IMG/VR virus record: IMGVR_UViG_3300042814_000160
Direction: 5' to 3' (one strand)
Source: an uncultured virus (IMG/VR IMGVR_UViG_3300042814_000160)
Taxonomy: Duplodnaviria > Heunggongvirae > Uroviricota > Caudoviricetes
Length of the DNA: 20,000 nt
The position numbers and the translations under genes are program-made. Numbering within the stretch: the first letter of the stretch is position 1; each line of letters begins with the position of its first letter. This document shows positions 16,405-20,000 of this stretch, piece by piece. Below the pieces are notes generated by a model, which saw only the letters and a program-made list of their open reading frames with translations, ran no database searches and was not told the origin of the DNA.

Positions 16405-17762
16405 GGGCGCACTTTAGTATGAACGGTGACTCTTTCACGTAGCCCACCCTCGGAACCTATCAATCTAAGGCCCTCCGGCGTGCGGCACCGGGACAAACTT
16501 ACGTATAACATGCCTGGAGACTTGAAGAACCCTTCCCGCGTGTTGATCTGGACGTTGTCCAACGTCAGCCCCTGGCACTTGTGAACCGTCGAGGCATAGG
16601 CCACGCGAATCGGCAGGTACACCACACTCCCCGCAATCTCCCAAATCGCCCGGCCGTTCTTGTCCCGTTCGATCTTCGCCTGCTGGCCGGTGGCGACCAA
16701 TTCCTTCACGCGTCCGGGTTCCAGCGGGATACGGTTGTACCGCGTGACCCAGTCGATATGCTGGACCTGGCCGTTCCGCTGGAGCTGCACGCACACCTGG
16801 GTCCCGTCCATTTGCACGACGGTGCCCAAGTCCCCATTGGCGTAGATCATCCGGCGGTTCTCGGGGTCGCGCGCGTTGGCGAGGATCATCACCAGCGCCC
16901 CTTCCTTGAGCGCGACGACGTCCGGGATGTTCTTCCAGTCGGTGCGCTGTTTGCCCTCGCGGCCACTGGCAAAGTGGACCTCGCGGGTGTCAATCCCGTC
17001 CATGCGGAGCGCGTTGTACCGGTCCACGGCATCGTTGGTGGCCATGAGGGTACACCCGGGGAAGTCGTGGAGGATCCCCTGTTCGAGCCGGGGCGCGAAG
17101 TAGTCCACGACCGGGCCACTCACCCCCTGCCGGGCGGCGCCCAAGGCCGCGAGGAACCCCGGGTCGGCCTGGCGGCGCGGGATGGTCAGCTTGTGGATAT
17201 GGTCGGCGTACTTGGACCACTCGGGCGACTCGAAGGCAAACGGGGCCTTCACCGGGGGGAGCTGCGCGAAGTCACCGATCAGGGTCAGCGCGATGGGGGC
17301 CTCGGTCTCGCCCGAGTCTCGAATCTCATCCGCCAACTGTGCGTCGAGGATGAACCCCTTCCCACCCAACTCATCGAGCGCGCGGGTGAGGATGGTCAAC
17401 TGCGCGGCGTCCAGCATCGACACCTCGTCGAGGAGGATCCGCCGGGTCCCGGCGCGCCAGAGTTTCCCCAGAATCGCCCCGAGGCGGCCGCTGACGTAGT
17501 TCTCCTCCAGGGACTTCGTGTCGAAGTACCCGAGGGCCGCGTTGATGGTGGTCCCCTCGCCGAGGTTCACCGCCGCGATGCCCGTGGTGGCGCAGAGGAG
17601 GGTCCCGGGGAGTTGCCGCACCATGGCCCTCGCCAAGTACGTCTTGCCCGTTCCAGCGGGCCCACAGAGGTAGGAGGTGGAGCCCTGGAGTGCATCCGGG
17701 ATCGGCACCTCCGGCTCAGGCGGGGGGAGCGCCCCCACCGCGTCGAGTTCGAGATCGGTCAT
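16395..17762 (-). CDS. Pif1/RecD/Dda-like superfamily 1B DNA helicase
   Basis: GPAGTGKT (Walker A), ATTGIAA, LLDEVSM (Walker B), GDFAQLPPV, RRQ, ASTVHKCQGLTLD and YVSLSR. Confidence 0.92.
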   Translation of the reverse strand: MTDLELDAVGALPPPEPEVPIPDALQGSTSYLCGPAGTGKTYLARAMVRQLPGTLLCATTGIAAVNLGEGTTINAALGYFDTKSLEENYVSGRLGAILGKLWRAGTRRILLDEVSMLDAAQLTILTRALDELGGKGFILDAQLADEIRDSGETEAPIALTLIGDFAQLPPVKAPFAFESPEWSKYADHIHKLTIPRRQADPGFLAALGAARQGVSGPVVDYFAPRLEQGILHDFPGCTLMATNDAVDRYNALRMDGIDTREVHFASGREGKQRTDWKNIPDVVALKEGALVMILANARDPENRRMIYANGDLGTVVQMDGTQVCVQLQRNGQVQHIDWVTRYNRIPLEPGRVKELVATGQQAKIERDKNGRAIWEIAGSVVYLPIRVAYASTVHKCQGLTLDNVQINTREGFFKSPGMLYVSLSRCRTPEGLRLIGSEGGLRERVTVHTKVRPWL

Positions 17763-17768
17763 GGCGCC

Positions 17769-18146
17769 CTACTCGATGACGATCGTGGGCGCGTCGGGGT
17801 CCGAGGGGGTCTCCTCGGGCTCGGCCGGGGCCTGGCCGTTCTGGGCCTCGGTGGTGACCACCTGGGGCGCCGGACGGCTGACCAGCAGCACATCCTGGAG
17901 GGACTGCCCGCCCGGGACGGCCAGCGTGACCGTGCCCAGGAACCGCGCCTTCACCGTGCCCGGCGGGACGTTCGCGTCCAGCATCGGGGTGACGTCCTGG
18001 AGCTGGAACAGCACCTGCGTGTTCATGTGGACGTGGCAGACGTCGCCGGGCTGAAGCACCCGGCCCATGCGGTCGCCGATCGCTACCACCAAGGGGGTCG
18101 CGGCCGGGCGATTGTTGCGGAACGGGTTCAAGCGATCGAGGCTCAT
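17769..18146 (-). CDS. Hypothetical protein (125 aa), beta-rich core with an acidic tail
   Basis: AGGAG/AGGA upstream. Fills the gap between the glycosyltransferase and the helicase with 3-6 nt spacers. G/C-biased codons. Confidence 0.7.
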   Translation of the reverse strand: MSLDRLNPFRNNRPAATPLVVAIGDRMGRVLQPGDVCHVHMNTQVLFQLQDVTPMLDANVPPGTVKARFLGTVTLAVPGGQSLQDVLLVSRPAPQVVTTEAQNGQAPAEPEETPSDPDAPTIVIE

Positions 18147-18149
18147 GTC

Positions 18150-19355
18150 CTACTCCTGGGAGGGGGTCAACCCCTCCTGAAACCAGTTTTTCCACGCGGG
18201 CCAGAGGGTGGGCCAGTCATAGCCCAGGACCTTCGTCCGCAACTCCAGTGCCATCGCCGCCGGGTTCGCCACACGGGCGTTCAACACCGGGGCCAGCGCG
18301 TTGACGATCCGCTCGGCTTCGAGCACCGGGCGGGAGAGGCCGTACTGTCCCTCGACCGTTTCATGGGTCCAGGGGACCCGGGTGAGCCCGGTGATTTCCC
18401 GGCCGCCGGCGTAGTCGAGGTGGGCGACCGGGGTCCCGCACGCGAGGGACTCCAAAATCGGGTAGCCGAACCCCTCGCCCAATCCCGGGGCGATGGTCGC
18501 CAGGCACGCGCTGTAACACGCGGCCAACTGGGCATCGCTCAACTCCAGGCTGAACCGCACCGCGTCCGCTACGCCGTAGTCATCGGCGAGTTGGGGCAGG
18601 CTCCACGCATCGTGGACCAGCGCGTTGGTGTGGACCCAGCCACGGAGCCCCGGCTGCTGGCGGCGCAGGATGGCGAGGGCCTTGAAATACGCGGGGTAGT
18701 ACTTCCGCGCCTGGTTGGTCGCCACGCACCCGATGATCCCGGTGCAACTCGGGTCCTGGCCGGTCATCCACCCTGAGACCCAGTGTTTCAGCTCGGGCGA
18801 GGTCTCGTAGGTGAACACGTCGAGGTCGAGGCCGTGTGGCAAATGGGGCACGACCGTCTTGGTGATCTGGCTCAGGATACTGGCCCCGAACCCGGTGTAG
18901 GCCAGCACGCGGTCGTACCCACACACGGCCTCGGCCGCCGGCCCCCCGAACGCGCCGAACGCACGAGGCCCCCGGGCGTCCACCGCGAAGTACCCCCATT
19001 TGCGAATCGGGAGCGGCAGGTCCGTGTAGGCAAAGCACCGCGCCGGGTCCCACACAGTCATCACGATCCCCGGGCGGTTCCCGTAGAAGGATCGATAGGC
19101 CGCGACCACCGCTTCGGCCCCCCAGTGTTTGATGTCGCTGAACCGCCAGTGTCGCACCAGCCGATCCGCCGGCGCGGCGATGCCACTCACGGGCAACCCC
19201 GGCCATGGCGCGTACCCGCACACCCCGATATCCAACGTCGCCGACAGGTCCTCGTCCGCCTGGAGGTGGGCGGTAAGGTCGCGGAGGATGCGGCCGAGGC
19301 CCGAGGGGACTTCGGGGGCATCGCCGACGAGGAGGAAGGGTGTGCGGGGGGCCAT
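18150..19355 (-). CDS. GT-B fold glycosyltransferase (GT4-like)
   Basis: N-terminal LLVGD.P...SGLGR, LPHGLD, VATNQARK and EGFGYPILESLACGTPV, plus C-terminal YDW. Confidence 0.88.
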   Translation of the reverse strand: MAPRTPFLLVGDAPEVPSGLGRILRDLTAHLQADEDLSATLDIGVCGYAPWPGLPVSGIAAPADRLVRHWRFSDIKHWGAEAVVAAYRSFYGNRPGIVMTVWDPARCFAYTDLPLPIRKWGYFAVDARGPRAFGAFGGPAAEAVCGYDRVLAYTGFGASILSQITKTVVPHLPHGLDLDVFTYETSPELKHWVSGWMTGQDPSCTGIIGCVATNQARKYYPAYFKALAILRRQQPGLRGWVHTNALVHDAWSLPQLADDYGVADAVRFSLELSDAQLAACYSACLATIAPGLGEGFGYPILESLACGTPVAHLDYAGGREITGLTRVPWTHETVEGQYGLSRPVLEAERIVNALAPVLNARVANPAAMALELRTKVLGYDWPTLWPAWKNWFQEGLTPSQE

Positions 19356-19360
19356 GGCGG

Positions 19361-19657
19361 TTAGACCTCGGCGCTGCTGGTCCCGCCCGTGAACGGCGGG
19401 ATGACATCGGCCGACTTGACCGCCGCCGAGCGGGTGGCCACCTTGGTCGACTTCGCCTTAGCCTTCTTCACCTTGGCGACGACCGGCTTGGCCACCGGGG
19501 CCTTCGCCAGCTTCGGCACGGCCACGACGACCGGCTTGGCCGCGACGACCGTCAGGACGTCCAGGACGCCCTGGGCCTCCTCGGGGGTCATCGCAATGAT
19601 CGCCGCGATCAACTTCAACCGGGCGGCGCGAATGGGATCCTTCGACTTACGGGGCAT
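19361..19657 (-). CDS. Small basic Lys/Ala/Val/Pro-rich protein with a histone H1-like tail, possibly DNA-binding
   Basis: GGAGG 8 nt before ATG 19657. MPRKSKDP...AKPVVAKVKKAKAKSTK. Corresponds to the last 98 aa of track ORF 19361..19981. Confidence 0.7.
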   Translation of the reverse strand: MPRKSKDPIRAARLKLIAAIIAMTPEEAQGVLDVLTVVAAKPVVVAVPKLAKAPVAKPVVAKVKKAKAKSTKVATRSAAVKSADVIPPFTGGTSSAEV

Positions 19658-19688
19658 CTGCGTATCCTCCAACCTGTGTCGGTGAACA

Positions 19689-19717
19689 GGGCCGGCGGGG
19701 ACCATCCCCACCGACCC
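19689..19717 (-). promoter_or_regulatory. Intergenic 13-bp RNA hairpin (terminator, attenuator or stability element)
   Basis: Minus-strand GGGUCGGUGGGGA-UGG-UCCCCGCCGGCCC: 11 Watson-Crick plus 2 G-U pairs, starting 10 nt after the upstream stop codon and followed by UGUUC. Confidence 0.6.
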
Positions 19718-19727
19718 GATCCCCCAT

Positions 19728-20000
19728 CTACTTCGTCGCCGGGCGGAACGTCCGGATGTTCGAGAACCCGCGCACCGACGCGCCGCACCCCGCGCAGGTG
19801 ATCCGCATCGGGTACTTCGCCGCGGGGAGCTGGGTGCCCGCCGCGTCATGGGTGACCTTCTGGACGTCCTTCTGGTAGACGCGCTTGCCGCAGCCCTGCT
19901 GCTTGCCGCCCGTGGGCTGGCCGGTGGCGTCGACCGCGTCGATCGGGCCGGTGGAGCCGTCCTCCAGCAGGAAGTACGCATCGCGGCCGTCGTTGCAGTT
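19728..20000 (-). CDS. C-terminal part of a probable Zn-binding protein, 5'-truncated; absent from the ORF track
   Basis: Open frame from 20000: NCNDGRDAYFLLEDG...QGCGKRVYQKD...ITCAGCGASVRGFSNIRTFRPATK*. Four Cys including CxxC. Strong G/C third-position bias. Confidence 0.7.
   Translation of the reverse strand, partial: NCNDGRDAYFLLEDGSTGPIDAVDATGQPTGGKQQGCGKRVYQKDVQKVTHDAAGTQLPAAKYPMRITCAGCGASVRGFSNIRTFRPATK

Noticed and set aside
16430..16530. Sigma70 promoter within the AT-rich helicase tract
   Set aside because: -10-like hexamers exist (TATACG, CATACT on - strand; TATAAC on + strand), but none has a convincing -35 at 16-18 nt, so it was not called as a feature.
1..20000. CRISPR array, tRNA/rRNA genes, integrase/att sites or IS elements
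   Set aside because: None seen. The window is almost entirely coding, with no regularly spaced nucleotide repeats or recognisable RNA genes.

Overview
High-GC segment of a tailed dsDNA phage genome, probably podovirus-like, with two convergent, tightly packed gene arms. The + arm (<1-7328) holds the end of a virion module: a Gly-linker tail-like protein, a GNAT-fold protein and three predicted ejection/DNA-transfer proteins of increasing size. The - arm (>20000-7204) is a replication and modification module: a Pif1/RecD-like helicase, two free-standing HNH endonucleases, a SLOG-family protein, a DegT-type sugar aminotransferase, a left-handed beta-helix acetyltransferase, three glycosyltransferases, a small methyltransferase-like protein and a family A DNA polymerase. 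Three points stand out. (1) The polymerase is fused to an apparently intact family-4 uracil-DNA glycosylase, is split into two genes just before motif A, and has a non-canonical motif B. (2) An amino-sugar synthesis and transfer cassette is translationally coupled into the replication operon, suggesting an undescribed DNA (or virion) glycosylation system. (3) The helicase 3' end next to an HNH gene is synonymously AT-shifted. All calls come from motif recognition by eye; no searches were run.
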